Shown here piece by piece: positions 1-9,043 of a stretch of DNA of 24,000 nt. The notes under the pieces are model-generated. The model searched no databases. It saw only the letters and a list, made by a program, of their open reading frames with translations, and was not told the DNA's origin. Made by a program: the position numbers and the translations under genes. The first letter of the stretch is position 1. Each line of letters starts with the position of its first letter. The DNA lies in NCBI GenBank assembly GCA_030951025.1, contig JAUZQK010000064.1:8-24007 (forward strand). Direction: 5' to 3'. Source of the stretch: Mariprofundus sp. Lineage in GTDB: Bacteria > Pseudomonadota > Zetaproteobacteria > Mariprofundales > Mariprofundaceae.

Positions 1-83
1 AATCAGGATATTTTAGGCCACTTACCCTGCCGCGCAGTAGATTTCTCATAAGTCCGACAGACTCCTAGAGACGCAGAACCACC

Positions 84-3029
84 TCAGCACTGAGGATGCA
101 GCAACTGATGAATACACTGACCCATGGCATCAACAGAGAAGGGTTTGAGCAATATATGGGTGTTCTTTTTGTCACTTGGCAAATTGGATAAATGATCTTT
201 ATCATAACCAGTCATAAAAATAACCGGCATGTTTGGGCTCTGCTGCCAAACATGATTGGCCAATTCCACACCACTCATTCTGGGCATCACCACATCGGTA
301 ATCAGCAACTCGATATCATGCTCGGCATTGCCAAACACTGCTGCCGCCATCACCCCATCTTCAGCTTGCAAAACCTGATAACCCAAACGCTGCAGCAGTT
401 CTGCGTTGACTGCGCGCAAGGAGACATCATCATCAACCAACAGGATCATCTCGCCCTGACCGCCAACAGTCTCACCTTGAACCAGCTTGGCGGCCTCGCT
501 GCGCGCCTCTGACACCAACGGTAAATAAATCGCAAAGGCCGAACCTTTACCCACAACACTATCCACTTCGATAATACCGGCGTGGCTCTGAATCGAACCA
601 AAAATCATCGCCAAACCCAAGCCCGTACCTTTGCCAGTTTCCTTGGTGGTAAAATAAGGTTCAAATACCTGTTTCAAATCATGACTGGAAATACCACAAC
701 CATTGTCCCGCACCAGCAAACGCGCATAGGCATGATCCAGACGCGCTTCAGGATGCAGCTGCACAAAAGCAGCATCGGATTGATAACTGTCAATCTGCAC
801 TTGAATGACAGGATCGGCCACAGCATCGAGCGCATCACGGGCATTGTTCATTAAATTCATCAGCACCTGCTGCAATAAACCGGCATCACCTTTGATCTGC
901 AGCTTCTCTTTGCATATATTCATACTCACGGAGATATTCTCCGGAATAGTCAAGCTGGTTAACTTGAACACCTCCTTCATCAATGAAGAAAATGATAACA
1001 AATGAAATTCCACGTTTCCCTTGCGTGCAAAGGTCAGCAGTTGTTTGATCATATCGGCAGCCCGAAACGATTGTTTTTCCAACGATTCGATTTCTTCTAA
1101 CACATCCGGAAACTGCTGCAGTTTGCGTTTCATCAAATACATCGAGCCAATCATACCTGCCAGCATATTATTAAAATCATGGGCAATGCCACCAACCAGC
1201 GTACCAATGGCCTCCATCTTTTGAGCCTGATTGAATTTTTCTTCCATCTGCGTCAGTTCAGTCATATCGCGCTGAATCGCAACATAATGGGTAATCACAC
1301 CCGCATCATCTTCAATCGGGGAAATCGATATTAACACCGGATACAGCTCACCATTCTTGTGGCGTTCAACGATTGAGCTGCTCCAATGTTTGCCATCGGT
1401 AATCGTTTTCCACATATGTTCATAGAAATGTTTATCCTGCACACCCGACTGCAATATGCGTGGTGTCTTGCCGAGCACCTCTTCAAACGTGTAACCGGAG
1501 AGCTTGGTAAAAGCCGGATTCACATATTCGATCATACCCTCATGATCGGTAATCAGAATCGATTCACCAGCATGTTCACCTGCCTGAGATAATTTACGCA
1601 GCTGCTCTTCTGTTTCTTTTGAACCGGTGATATCTCTTAACGTGCCTTCAACACCGACCACCTGGCCTGAATCATTGTACAAAAAGTGTGCATTGGCTGA
1701 CAGCCAGATCAACTGCCCGTCTTTTCTGCGCACCTGAGCTTCAAAATCATCAACTCGCCCATCGGCTGACTGATTTAAACGCTCCAGGAATTTTTTTCGA
1801 TCATCAGGATCAACATAATAATCCGATAATTTATCACCTATAATGTCATCCGGACCACACGCCATCAAATCCTGGATGGACGACGATGTAAACACCAAGC
1901 GCCCATCGATATCCGTTCGATACAAACAGTCCTGCATATTTTCAATCAAATGACGATATTTTCTTTCACTCTCCTGCAATGCTGTCTCCGCCCGGACACG
2001 CTCGGATATATCGATCACAACCGCCTGAATCAATATTTGATGATTCACCTCAATACAACTGAGATGCACATCGGCATGAAATATCTCACCATTCAAACGC
2101 TGGTGAATCCAGTCGAAACGATTTGTTCCCTGCTGCACTGCTGTTTCAACATATTGCATTGCCAAGGTGATGGAGTCGCCACCAGAGGGCTGCAGTCTGG
2201 GTGAGACCATGGCTGGACCCAGTTTAAAAAACGCTGCTTTTGTCGGACAGCCAAACATGCGCAGTGTGGCCGCATTGCAATCCACAAAATAACCATTGTG
2301 CAGCAGCATAATCGCAGCATCCGAGCCTTCGACCAGAGCGCTGTATTTATGTTCACTCTCGTGCAGTTCTTTTGTGCGCACTTCCACACGTAGATCCAGC
2401 TCCGCATTGAGCTTCTGGTAGCTGCGCAACAGGCCCCGGTTATCCATCGAGATGGTTAACAAATCGGTAATACGCTGCAGAATCGGGGCAATATTTTTCA
2501 AGCGTTGCAGATCCGGATCATTATCGGCAAACAAATAAAAACCATGTGGCGTGGCCTGAGTGGAAAAACCAATCAACAGCATCTGATTGGGCATGAAATT
2601 GATATCAGCCTGCTCCAGACAACGCAGCAGCGCCACATTTTGAACATCGCTGGCCTGATTAATGAACAATCCATTGCGCTCGAATTCTTTCCACTCAAAT
2701 GCATCCTGTTCAAAAGCCTGCACCTGAAATTGGAAAGCATTCACATCAGCATGAGAAAAGGACAGATAAGAGTGAATGACAGTGGCCTGCTTGCCCTCAG
2801 CTTGATCCTCTTCAATGGCACAACAGGCCACCAATGGAATCGCCTTGAGCATGGAAATACGCTCTAGCGCCACATCCAGCATCTCCGTAACATCTTTGAG
2901 CTGGCCAATCGCCTCAGATACAAGGCCAAACATCAAACTCTGTTCAGCCCGATCCGCCAGATGCCCATTCTCCTGCTCCAACATACGAATGCGTTCTTCT
3001 AGCTCCTTGCGGTTGCGCAGCTCAGGCAT
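84..3029 (-). CDS. Hybrid sensor histidine kinase (N-terminal coiled-coil/GAF-like region, multiple PAS domains, HisKA, HATPase_c, C-terminal receiver domain)
   Basis: 981-aa ORF. PAS-like segments (ALVEGSDAAIMLLHNG..., YRHLIENMQDCLYRTDIDG..., ILITDHEGMIEYVNPAFTKLSGY...), H-box GGIAHDFNNMLAG, ATPase motifs DNGCGISSHDLKQVFEPYFTTKETGKGTGLGLAM, and receiver motifs ILLVDDD...LLITDVVMPRMSG...LLKPF. Confidence 0.93.
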   Translation of the reverse strand: MPELRNRKELEERIRMLEQENGHLADRAEQSLMFGLVSEAIGQLKDVTEMLDVALERISMLKAIPLVACCAIEEDQAEGKQATVIHSYLSFSHADVNAFQFQVQAFEQDAFEWKEFERNGLFINQASDVQNVALLRCLEQADINFMPNQMLLIGFSTQATPHGFYLFADNDPDLQRLKNIAPILQRITDLLTISMDNRGLLRSYQKLNAELDLRVEVRTKELHESEHKYSALVEGSDAAIMLLHNGYFVDCNAATLRMFGCPTKAAFFKLGPAMVSPRLQPSGGDSITLAMQYVETAVQQGTNRFDWIHQRLNGEIFHADVHLSCIEVNHQILIQAVVIDISERVRAETALQESERKYRHLIENMQDCLYRTDIDGRLVFTSSSIQDLMACGPDDIIGDKLSDYYVDPDDRKKFLERLNQSADGRVDDFEAQVRRKDGQLIWLSANAHFLYNDSGQVVGVEGTLRDITGSKETEEQLRKLSQAGEHAGESILITDHEGMIEYVNPAFTKLSGYTFEEVLGKTPRILQSGVQDKHFYEHMWKTITDGKHWSSSIVERHKNGELYPVLISISPIEDDAGVITHYVAIQRDMTELTQMEEKFNQAQKMEAIGTLVGGIAHDFNNMLAGMIGSMYLMKRKLQQFPDVLEEIESLEKQSFRAADMIKQLLTFARKGNVEFHLLSFSSLMKEVFKLTSLTIPENISVSMNICKEKLQIKGDAGLLQQVLMNLMNNARDALDAVADPVIQVQIDSYQSDAAFVQLHPEARLDHAYARLLVRDNGCGISSHDLKQVFEPYFTTKETGKGTGLGLAMIFGSIQSHAGIIEVDSVVGKGSAFAIYLPLVSEARSEAAKLVQGETVGGQGEMILLVDDDVSLRAVNAELLQRLGYQVLQAEDGVMAAAVFGNAEHDIELLITDVVMPRMSGVELANHVWQQSPNMPVIFMTGYDKDHLSNLPSDKKNTHILLKPFSVDAMGQCIHQLLHPQC

Positions 3030-3843
3030 GCTTATCAGCTACAAATGTCAAAATGTTTTCAGCCGCCCACTCAGGCTCATCTTCCATCAGATAATGCGAT
3101 GCCGTTGCAATGTGCAACAACTGGCTGCCCGGCATACCTTCATGCAGTCGCTCTGCCACAGTCGCACTTAAAAACGGATCAGCATCACCCCGCATAATCA
3201 AACTCGGTACTGTCAACTGCTTGAGCTCCTCAACGATTTCCATCAAATTATGATTATCCAGACAACGGGCAAAATGCATAAACGCCTTGCGCCCCTCTCT
3301 GCTGCGTAATGGTTTCCAGAATAGATCCATCAGCTCATCATCCAAGTTTTCTTTATGGTACAGACCTGCTTTCACCAATACCTTCATCATGCCCAGATCC
3401 AAGGCCCCCATCAACAACTGACGCACAATCGGAGCTCGCATGGCTGTGATCGGCTGCACCGGCCAGAAATCATAGGCCACCATATTGATCATGCTTAAAC
3501 TAATCAGCATCGATTCATGCCTTACGGCAAAAATCTGGGCAATGCCACCGCCCAGATCATGGCCAACAACATGAAAGCGTTGGATATCCAGCTGTTGCAT
3601 GAAACGATACAAACGCTCGGCATGGTCTTTAATGGCATAAGACTCATCCAGCGGCATATCCGATTCACCACAGCCCAGCAAATCGACTGCGATGACATCA
3701 TAGCTCTGTTCCAGAAAGGGTAATAATTTGCGCCAGATAAACGAATAGGTGGTAATGCCATGCACCAATAACATCACTTCACCGCTGGCATTACCGCTGC
3801 GGTTGTAGGCGACTTTATGTCCATCGATCGAGCTGTACTGCAT
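3022..3843 (-). CDS. Alpha/beta hydrolase fold protein
   Basis: HGITTYSFIWRKLLPFL, DLLGCGES, nucleophile elbow VVGHDLGGGIAQ, late ...LIMRGDADPFL and final His region. The ORF extends to 3879, but GGAG upstream of the internal ATG supports a start at 3843. It overlaps the kinase start by 8 nt (ATGCCTGA). Confidence 0.88.
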   Translation of the reverse strand: MQYSSIDGHKVAYNRSGNASGEVMLLVHGITTYSFIWRKLLPFLEQSYDVIAVDLLGCGESDMPLDESYAIKDHAERLYRFMQQLDIQRFHVVGHDLGGGIAQIFAVRHESMLISLSMINMVAYDFWPVQPITAMRAPIVRQLLMGALDLGMMKVLVKAGLYHKENLDDELMDLFWKPLRSREGRKAFMHFARCLDNHNLMEIVEELKQLTVPSLIMRGDADPFLSATVAERLHEGMPGSQLLHIATASHYLMEDEPEWAAENILTFVADKHA

Positions 3844-3993
3844 GGCGGTACTCCAAGAATCGTCATCAGAAGCTGGCAATCTCTATTCTGCACCAGCGAG
3901 CAACAGTAGGTCAAAAGATTCATATTACTCTTACTGATCTGGCTCGTGTTGTTCTTGTTCCTGTTATTCCGACCGCTGTTCTGCCTACTTCTA

Positions 3994-4239
3994 TTATTCC
4001 GATTTCCGTTCACCACGACAATACTGCCAGTATGATTTCAAACGTGTTTTTATAGCAAGATAAAACGCCTTACCAAGCAACAGTATACTGAGCGCGAAAC
4101 AGATTTCTGCAGCAACAATCAACGATGTCGTCAGCACAGCAAGCCTGTCGAGTTCCACCAGCATAAAGGGCACAATCAAGATCACCCCCCACAGCAACCA
4201 GGACAGATAAAACAACACCAAACCCAGCAGACGTTTCAT
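3994..4239 (-). CDS. Small hypothetical membrane protein (81 aa, two predicted hydrophobic segments)
   Basis: Hydrophobic stretches LLGLVLFYLSWLLWGVILIVPFMLV and VLTTSLIVAAEICFALSILLLG. It lies just downstream of thiI in the same orientation. Confidence 0.6.
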   Translation of the reverse strand: MKRLLGLVLFYLSWLLWGVILIVPFMLVELDRLAVLTTSLIVAAEICFALSILLLGKAFYLAIKTRLKSYWQYCRGERKSE

Positions 4240-4257
4240 CGCTTAGAGCTCATGCAT

Positions 4258-5424
4258 TCATGTGATTTCATGACCGGAATGAAACAACACAGTATGGGTC
4301 GGATAATCCAAACCATCCAAAGGTAAACGGCTTTCATACATCGCCACTTTTTCACGCTTGGCTGATGTCTCTGGATGTTTGGCAATCAGAAACGAGCAAA
4401 TATCACAATATTCTTCAATCGAAATCTCGTAGGTGCCGATACGGCGAGCGAGGGCGATGATTTCTTCTTTATCGGCTCCAATCAATGGCGGTAACAAAGG
4501 CAAATCCGATGCATCATAAATGGCATGGATATTGGCCAGCGTCTGGCTGGCCACCTGCCCCAACGAATCACCCGTCACCAAAGCCTGCCCATGCTCTTCT
4601 GATGCGATCAATGCCGCTGAACGAATCATCTGGCGTTTGTATATAATCATGCGGTATTCAGCCGGTACTTCGGCAATGGCATGGCGCTGAAATTCTTCCA
4701 GATCGATCATATAAAGCTGCACGCGCCCTTGATAACGCGAAAGCTGAGCCGCCAAATCCTTGATCTTGACAAAATCGCGATTGATGGTGCTGTTGTACAA
4801 ATGCACCAGTACCACTTCCATACCACGTTTCATCATCGTAAAAGCCGCCACCGGCGAATCGATGCCGCCAGAAAACAACACCACACCTTTACCCGATGTG
4901 CCCACTGGCAGGCCGCCGATTCCCTCAATCTTGCGGGTATAAATATACACCGATTTGGCACCGACTTCGACCCGCACATCGATTTTAGGATGATCCAGAT
5001 TCACCGCCAAATTCAATTTTGTTTTGAGATAACCACCCACCTCAAAGTTCAGCTCAGGTGAAGTGATAGGAAAGCCTTTGTTGCTGCGTCTGCTACTCAC
5101 CCGAAAGGGAGTTCCGGCCACATCCTCACCAAAATCTTCCAACACGGCCGCTTTGGCCGCAGCTTGAATCGCTGCCAATTCAGGTTCGCACTCATGCACC
5201 ACCGAAAAATTACGGATGCCCGGCAACAAGGCCAACAAATCCAGCAATTCATCCGTGATCACTTCAACATCGGCAGTCATGCGCCCATGCTCACGATAAA
5301 AACCATTGGGCTTTAATACAGGTTTCAATACCCGCTTAATATTCTGTGCCATCTTGCGCTCAAACGTGGATCGGTTTTTGCCCTTCAACGAAAGCTCACC
5401 GAAATGAAATAAAATCTTAGCCAT
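4258..5424 (-). CDS. thiI: tRNA 4-thiouridine sulfurtransferase / thiamine biosynthesis protein ThiI, without C-terminal rhodanese domain
   Basis: THUMP-type N-terminus (ILFHFGELSLKGKNRSTFERKM), PP-loop VVLFSGGIDSPVAAFTMMKRG, ALVTGDSLGQVASQTLANI, C-terminal EEYCDICSF; 388 aa. Confidence 0.93.
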   Translation of the reverse strand: MAKILFHFGELSLKGKNRSTFERKMAQNIKRVLKPVLKPNGFYREHGRMTADVEVITDELLDLLALLPGIRNFSVVHECEPELAAIQAAAKAAVLEDFGEDVAGTPFRVSSRRSNKGFPITSPELNFEVGGYLKTKLNLAVNLDHPKIDVRVEVGAKSVYIYTRKIEGIGGLPVGTSGKGVVLFSGGIDSPVAAFTMMKRGMEVVLVHLYNSTINRDFVKIKDLAAQLSRYQGRVQLYMIDLEEFQRHAIAEVPAEYRMIIYKRQMIRSAALIASEEHGQALVTGDSLGQVASQTLANIHAIYDASDLPLLPPLIGADKEEIIALARRIGTYEISIEEYCDICSFLIAKHPETSAKREKVAMYESRLPLDGLDYPTHTVLFHSGHEIT

Positions 5425-5686
5425 GGCGAAAGCCTAACGGCTAGCTGCTTAAGTTACAGTCCCGACTAAAAGCCAAACAGTCAGATATTGAAATAACAGG
5501 AGCTTATTGCCACGACTAATCATCACATCTGAGGCCGTATTGCCCACTTATTATGTCACAGCTTTATCCATAACCTTGCTCACAAAGCATCCCGAAAAGA
5601 CTGTTATAAAAGGGAATGCAAGCACCGTCGCAGTAGTTACGGCTTTTATTATTCCCCAAAAACCGACAATGCCAACAAGCCGCAAG

Positions 5687-5719
5687 AAAAAAGCCTGCAA
5701 ACACTAGGTTCACAGGCTT
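5687..5719 (-). terminator. Probable intrinsic terminator downstream of tRNA-Asp
   Basis: Minus strand AAGCCTG...CAGGCTT stem followed by a T6 run (plus strand aaaaaagcctg...caggctt). Confidence 0.6.
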
Positions 5720-5744
5720 CTTCGGATGTTGTCAGACATCGATA

Positions 5745-5821
5745 TGGCGGAGCGGACGGGACTCGAACCCGCGACCTCCGGCGTGACAGGCCGGCATTCT
5801 AACCAACTGAACTACCACTCC
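5745..5821 (-). tRNA. tRNA-Asp (anticodon GTC)
   Basis: Minus strand GGAGTGGTAGTTCAGTTGGTTAGAATGCCGGCCTGTCACGCCGGAGGTCGCGGGTTCGAGTCCCGTCCGCTCCGCCA. Full cloverleaf, encoded CCA, loop CTGTCAC. Confidence 0.97.
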
Positions 5822-5882
5822 AGTAGCGGCGCGCAACGTAATCATTCACGATGCTAAAATCAACCTTTTATTAACCGGTTGA

Positions 5883-5912
5883 AAAAAATCAGGCTCTGTA
5901 TTGACAGAGCCT
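5883..5912 (-). terminator. Intrinsic terminator downstream of tRNA-Val
   Basis: Minus strand AGGCTCTGT-CAAT-ACAGAGCCT (perfect 9-bp stem, 4-nt loop) followed by GATTTTTTTC. Confidence 0.85.
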
Positions 5913-5919
5913 GTTTGTA

Positions 5920-5995
5920 TGGTGGGCGCTGCAGGGCTCGAACCTGCGACCTACGGCTTGTAAGGCCGTTGCTCTCCCAGCTGAGCTAAGCGCCC
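5920..5995 (-). tRNA. tRNA-Val (anticodon TAC)
   Basis: Minus strand GGGCGCTTAGCTCAGCTGGGAGAGCAACGGCCTTACAAGCCGTAGGTCGCAGGTTCGAGCCCTGCAGCGCCCACCA. Full cloverleaf with encoded CCA. Confidence 0.97.
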
Positions 5996-6047
5996 GTAAC
6001 AAGGTTTGAATCTTGTTTTATTAGAAGCGGGTTTCCCCGCCATCTAA

Positions 6048-6320
6048 TTATTTAACAGCGTCTTTCAGAGCCTTACCAGGCTTGAATTTAGGCGCTTTAG
6101 ATGCTGCAACCTGAATAGCTTCACCAGTCCGTGGGTTACGCGCGGTGCGTGCTGCGCGATCTGCTACTGAAAATGTACCAAACCCAACCAGGCTTACTGA
6201 ATCGCCATTAGCCAGAGTGCTAGTAATGCCACTGAGTACTGCTTCAACGGCATCTGCTGCTGATATTTTACTCAAACCAGCGTTCTCGGCTACATAGTTT
6301 ATCAAATCTGCTTTATTCAT
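6048..6320 (-). CDS. hupB: DNA-binding protein HU (HU-beta type)
   Basis: MNKADLINYVAENAGLSKISAADAVEAVLSGITSTLANGDSVSLVGFGTFSVADRAARTARNPRTGEAIQVAASKAPKFKPGKALKDAVK. Start trimmed from 6338 to the MNKAD ATG (GGGAGG upstream). Confidence 0.95.
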   Translation of the reverse strand: MNKADLINYVAENAGLSKISAADAVEAVLSGITSTLANGDSVSLVGFGTFSVADRAARTARNPRTGEAIQVAASKAPKFKPGKALKDAVK

Positions 6321-6352
6321 TTTTTCCTCCCGCCACATTCAATGGGTCGCGA

Positions 6353-6383
6353 ACTATACGCAAAGAACCCTATGTCCTGTCAA
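6353..6383 (-). promoter_or_regulatory. Putative sigma70-type promoter of hupB
   Basis: Minus strand TTGACA (6378-6383), 19-nt spacer, TATAGT (6353-6358), located 33-63 bp upstream of the hupB start. Confidence 0.5.
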
Positions 6384-6403
6384 CTTATTTTTTTGTTATT
6401 TAT

Positions 6404-8875
6404 TTAATGTGCCACCGTCGAGTTATCATCCATTTTATCCGACAAACCACCTTCCAGATTATCGTCCAAATAGATGCCCGAAACAACCCCCGGCACAAAA
6501 TGTGCGGCGATACTTATACCGGCTGGCAAGCGAGTCAAGGCATGGTCTAGCACCTCATCCATGTTTTTCACCACATGCACTTCAAGACCGGCCAACACAT
6601 CAGCGTGAATGTCTTGTAAGTCCTTTGCATTTTCTACTGGAATGATCGCTTCAGTCAAACCACCACGATGCGCGGCCAGTAGTTTTTCTTTTAATCCACC
6701 GATGGGTAAGGCCTTGCCTCGCAAGGTGATTTCACCGGTCATACAGACATGCTTTTTGATCGGAATACCGGTCAGCGCCGACACAATGGATGTAGCCATG
6801 CCAAGCCCGGCTGAAGGGCCATCTTTGGGGATGCCACCTTCGGGCACATGCACATGAATATCGACATGCTGGTGAAAGTCCGGCTTTAAGCCCAATTGTG
6901 CGGCACGTGAGCGCACATAGGTCAGCGCAGCCTGAATCGATTCCTGCATCACATCACCCAACTGGCCAGTGACAGTCAGCTTACCCTTGCCCGGCATCAA
7001 CGCGGTTTCAATCTGCAGCAACTCACCACCGACTTCAGTCCAAGCCAGGCCGGTGACAACACCGATTTGATCTTCTTCTTCAGCCAAGCCAAAACGGTAT
7101 TTGCGCACCCCTAGATAGGTCTCAATATCTGTGGCAGCGAGCTTCATGCTGGCGTTTTCTTCTACCTGCACAATATGACGCGCTACCTTGCGGCATAGCT
7201 TGGCCAGCGTGCGCGATAAACCACGCACACCCGCTTCACGGGTATAATAACGAATGATTTCAGTTAAAGCCGAATCTTCGAGATCCAATTGATCTTTTTT
7301 CAGGCCATGGTTGCGGCGCTGCTTGTTGATCAAATAACGCCGTGCAATTTCCAACTTTTCATGCTCGGTGTAGCCGGAAATACGAATAATCTCCATGCGA
7401 TCAAGCAATGGCCCCGGAATATTCAGACTGTTGGCCGTGGTGATAAACATGACTTCGGAGAGATCATAATCGACTTCCATATAATGATCGGCAAAGGTGT
7501 GATTTTGCTCCGGATCTAATACTTCCAGCAGTGCCGAGGATGGGTCGCCACGAAAATCGGAACCCAGTTTATCAATTTCATCGAATAGAAATAAAGGGTT
7601 CTTGGTACCAGCCTTCTTCATGGATTGAATCACTTTACCTGGCATTGAGCCGATATAAGTGCGGCGGTGCCCACGAATCTCTGCTTCATCGCGTACGCCG
7701 CCGAGACTCATGCGCACATATTTGCGCTTGGTGGCTCGGGCAATCGATTTGGCCAGCGATGTTTTACCCACACCCGGCGGCCCCACAAAACACAGGATCG
7801 GCCCTTTCATTTTGCGTACCAGTTTAAGCACAGCCAGATGTTCCAGCACGCGCTCTTTGACTTTTTCCAGCCCATAATGATCTTCATCGAGCACATGCTC
7901 GGCGGCGCTGATATCTTTGCTTACACGCGAGCGTTTTTTCCATGGAATATCAATCAACCAATCGAGATAATTTCGTACAACCGTGGCTTCCGAGCTCATT
8001 GGCGGCATCATTTTTAAGCGTTTAAATTCTGCTTCTGCTTTTTCTTTGGCTTCAGCACTCAGTCCCAGCTTTTGGATTTTGGCTTCGAGCTCCTGCAAAT
8101 CGCTTTCGCCATCTTCATCACCCAGCTCTTTTTGAATGGCCTTCATTTGTTCGGACAAATAATAATCGCGCTGTGACTTTTCCATTTGACGTTTAACACG
8201 GCTGCGAATGCGTTTATCGACTTGCATCAGCTCCATTTCATCTTCCATGTGAGCATATAAGCGTTCCAGACGGGCAATAACACTCGGTATTTCAAGCAAT
8301 TCTTGTTTATCTTCGACTTTAATATTTAAGTGTGCAGCGATGGTATCAGCCAGTTTATCCGGCTCATCGACGGCCGATACAGATACCATCACTTCCGGAG
8401 GCAGCTTTTTATTCAGCTTCACATAGGACTCGAATTTCTGAATCAATGAGCGCGCCACATTATCCTGCTCGCGCTCATCTTCATCAGATTCGGACATCAG
8501 TGTATAATGACCACATAGATAATCCTCATCGGCCATTAACGAATCAACCAAGACACGAGCACCACCCTCAACCAGCACCTTGATGGTACCATCGGGTAAT
8601 TTTAATAATTGTAGAATATTGCCCAGCGTACCGATGCTATAGAGTTCATCAGCACCTGGATCATCGTGGGAGGCATCTTTCTGCGCTAGCAACAGGATTT
8701 TTTTATCCGAAGCCATCACCTCTTCCAATGCTTTGACTGATTTATCACGCCCTACAAACAACGGCACAATCATGTGTGGAAAGACAACAATATCACGCAA
8801 AGGCAGGACAGGCAGAACACCCTCATGATCTTGTTCGTTGTTGATGTTTGTTTCGTCTTTATTCCATTCAGCCAT
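6404..8875 (-). CDS. lon: ATP-dependent protease La (Lon)
   Basis: 823 aa. Lon N-domain LPVLPLRDIVVFPHMIVPLFVGR, Walker A GPPGVGKTS, catalytic PKDGPSAGLGMA with KxxxAxR-type C-terminal region. Confidence 0.98.
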   Translation of the reverse strand: MAEWNKDETNINNEQDHEGVLPVLPLRDIVVFPHMIVPLFVGRDKSVKALEEVMASDKKILLLAQKDASHDDPGADELYSIGTLGNILQLLKLPDGTIKVLVEGGARVLVDSLMADEDYLCGHYTLMSESDEDEREQDNVARSLIQKFESYVKLNKKLPPEVMVSVSAVDEPDKLADTIAAHLNIKVEDKQELLEIPSVIARLERLYAHMEDEMELMQVDKRIRSRVKRQMEKSQRDYYLSEQMKAIQKELGDEDGESDLQELEAKIQKLGLSAEAKEKAEAEFKRLKMMPPMSSEATVVRNYLDWLIDIPWKKRSRVSKDISAAEHVLDEDHYGLEKVKERVLEHLAVLKLVRKMKGPILCFVGPPGVGKTSLAKSIARATKRKYVRMSLGGVRDEAEIRGHRRTYIGSMPGKVIQSMKKAGTKNPLFLFDEIDKLGSDFRGDPSSALLEVLDPEQNHTFADHYMEVDYDLSEVMFITTANSLNIPGPLLDRMEIIRISGYTEHEKLEIARRYLINKQRRNHGLKKDQLDLEDSALTEIIRYYTREAGVRGLSRTLAKLCRKVARHIVQVEENASMKLAATDIETYLGVRKYRFGLAEEEDQIGVVTGLAWTEVGGELLQIETALMPGKGKLTVTGQLGDVMQESIQAALTYVRSRAAQLGLKPDFHQHVDIHVHVPEGGIPKDGPSAGLGMATSIVSALTGIPIKKHVCMTGEITLRGKALPIGGLKEKLLAAHRGGLTEAIIPVENAKDLQDIHADVLAGLEVHVVKNMDEVLDHALTRLPAGISIAAHFVPGVVSGIYLDDNLEGGLSDKMDDNSTVAH

Positions 8876-8975
8876 GCGTACTCCTCATCTTACTGTTGCA
8901 GGTATTGATCGTGTGAATTCAGCAGAACTTCAGCGCTAAGCCAATTGATTGCTAGTTTGTTGTTTCGTGTGGGTT

Positions 8976-8998
8976 CCAGCGTTACGTTGCAACGCTGG
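8976..8998. repeat. Inverted repeat / stem-loop in the clpX-lon intergenic region
   Basis: CCAGCGTT-ACGTTGC-AACGCTGG, perfect 8-bp arms with a 7-nt loop. There is no T-run on the minus (gene) strand side. Confidence 0.6.
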
Positions 8999-9043
8999 TT
9001 TTCACCCAGGCGATTGAAGCAGGATTGTTCAGTCAGTTACTGC

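Noticed and set aside
5507-5707. 66-aa plus-strand ORF MPRLIITSEAVLPTYY... with an AGGAG about 4 nt before a TTG start
   Set aside because: Non-ATG start, no family signal, and it runs into the tRNA-Asp terminator stem. An SD-like motif alone is insufficient.
8976-8998. 8-bp stem as a clpX terminator
   Set aside because: On the gene (minus) strand the stem is followed by AACCCACACG, not a T-tract. The TTTT lies on the opposite side, so it is kept only as an inverted repeat without a termination claim.
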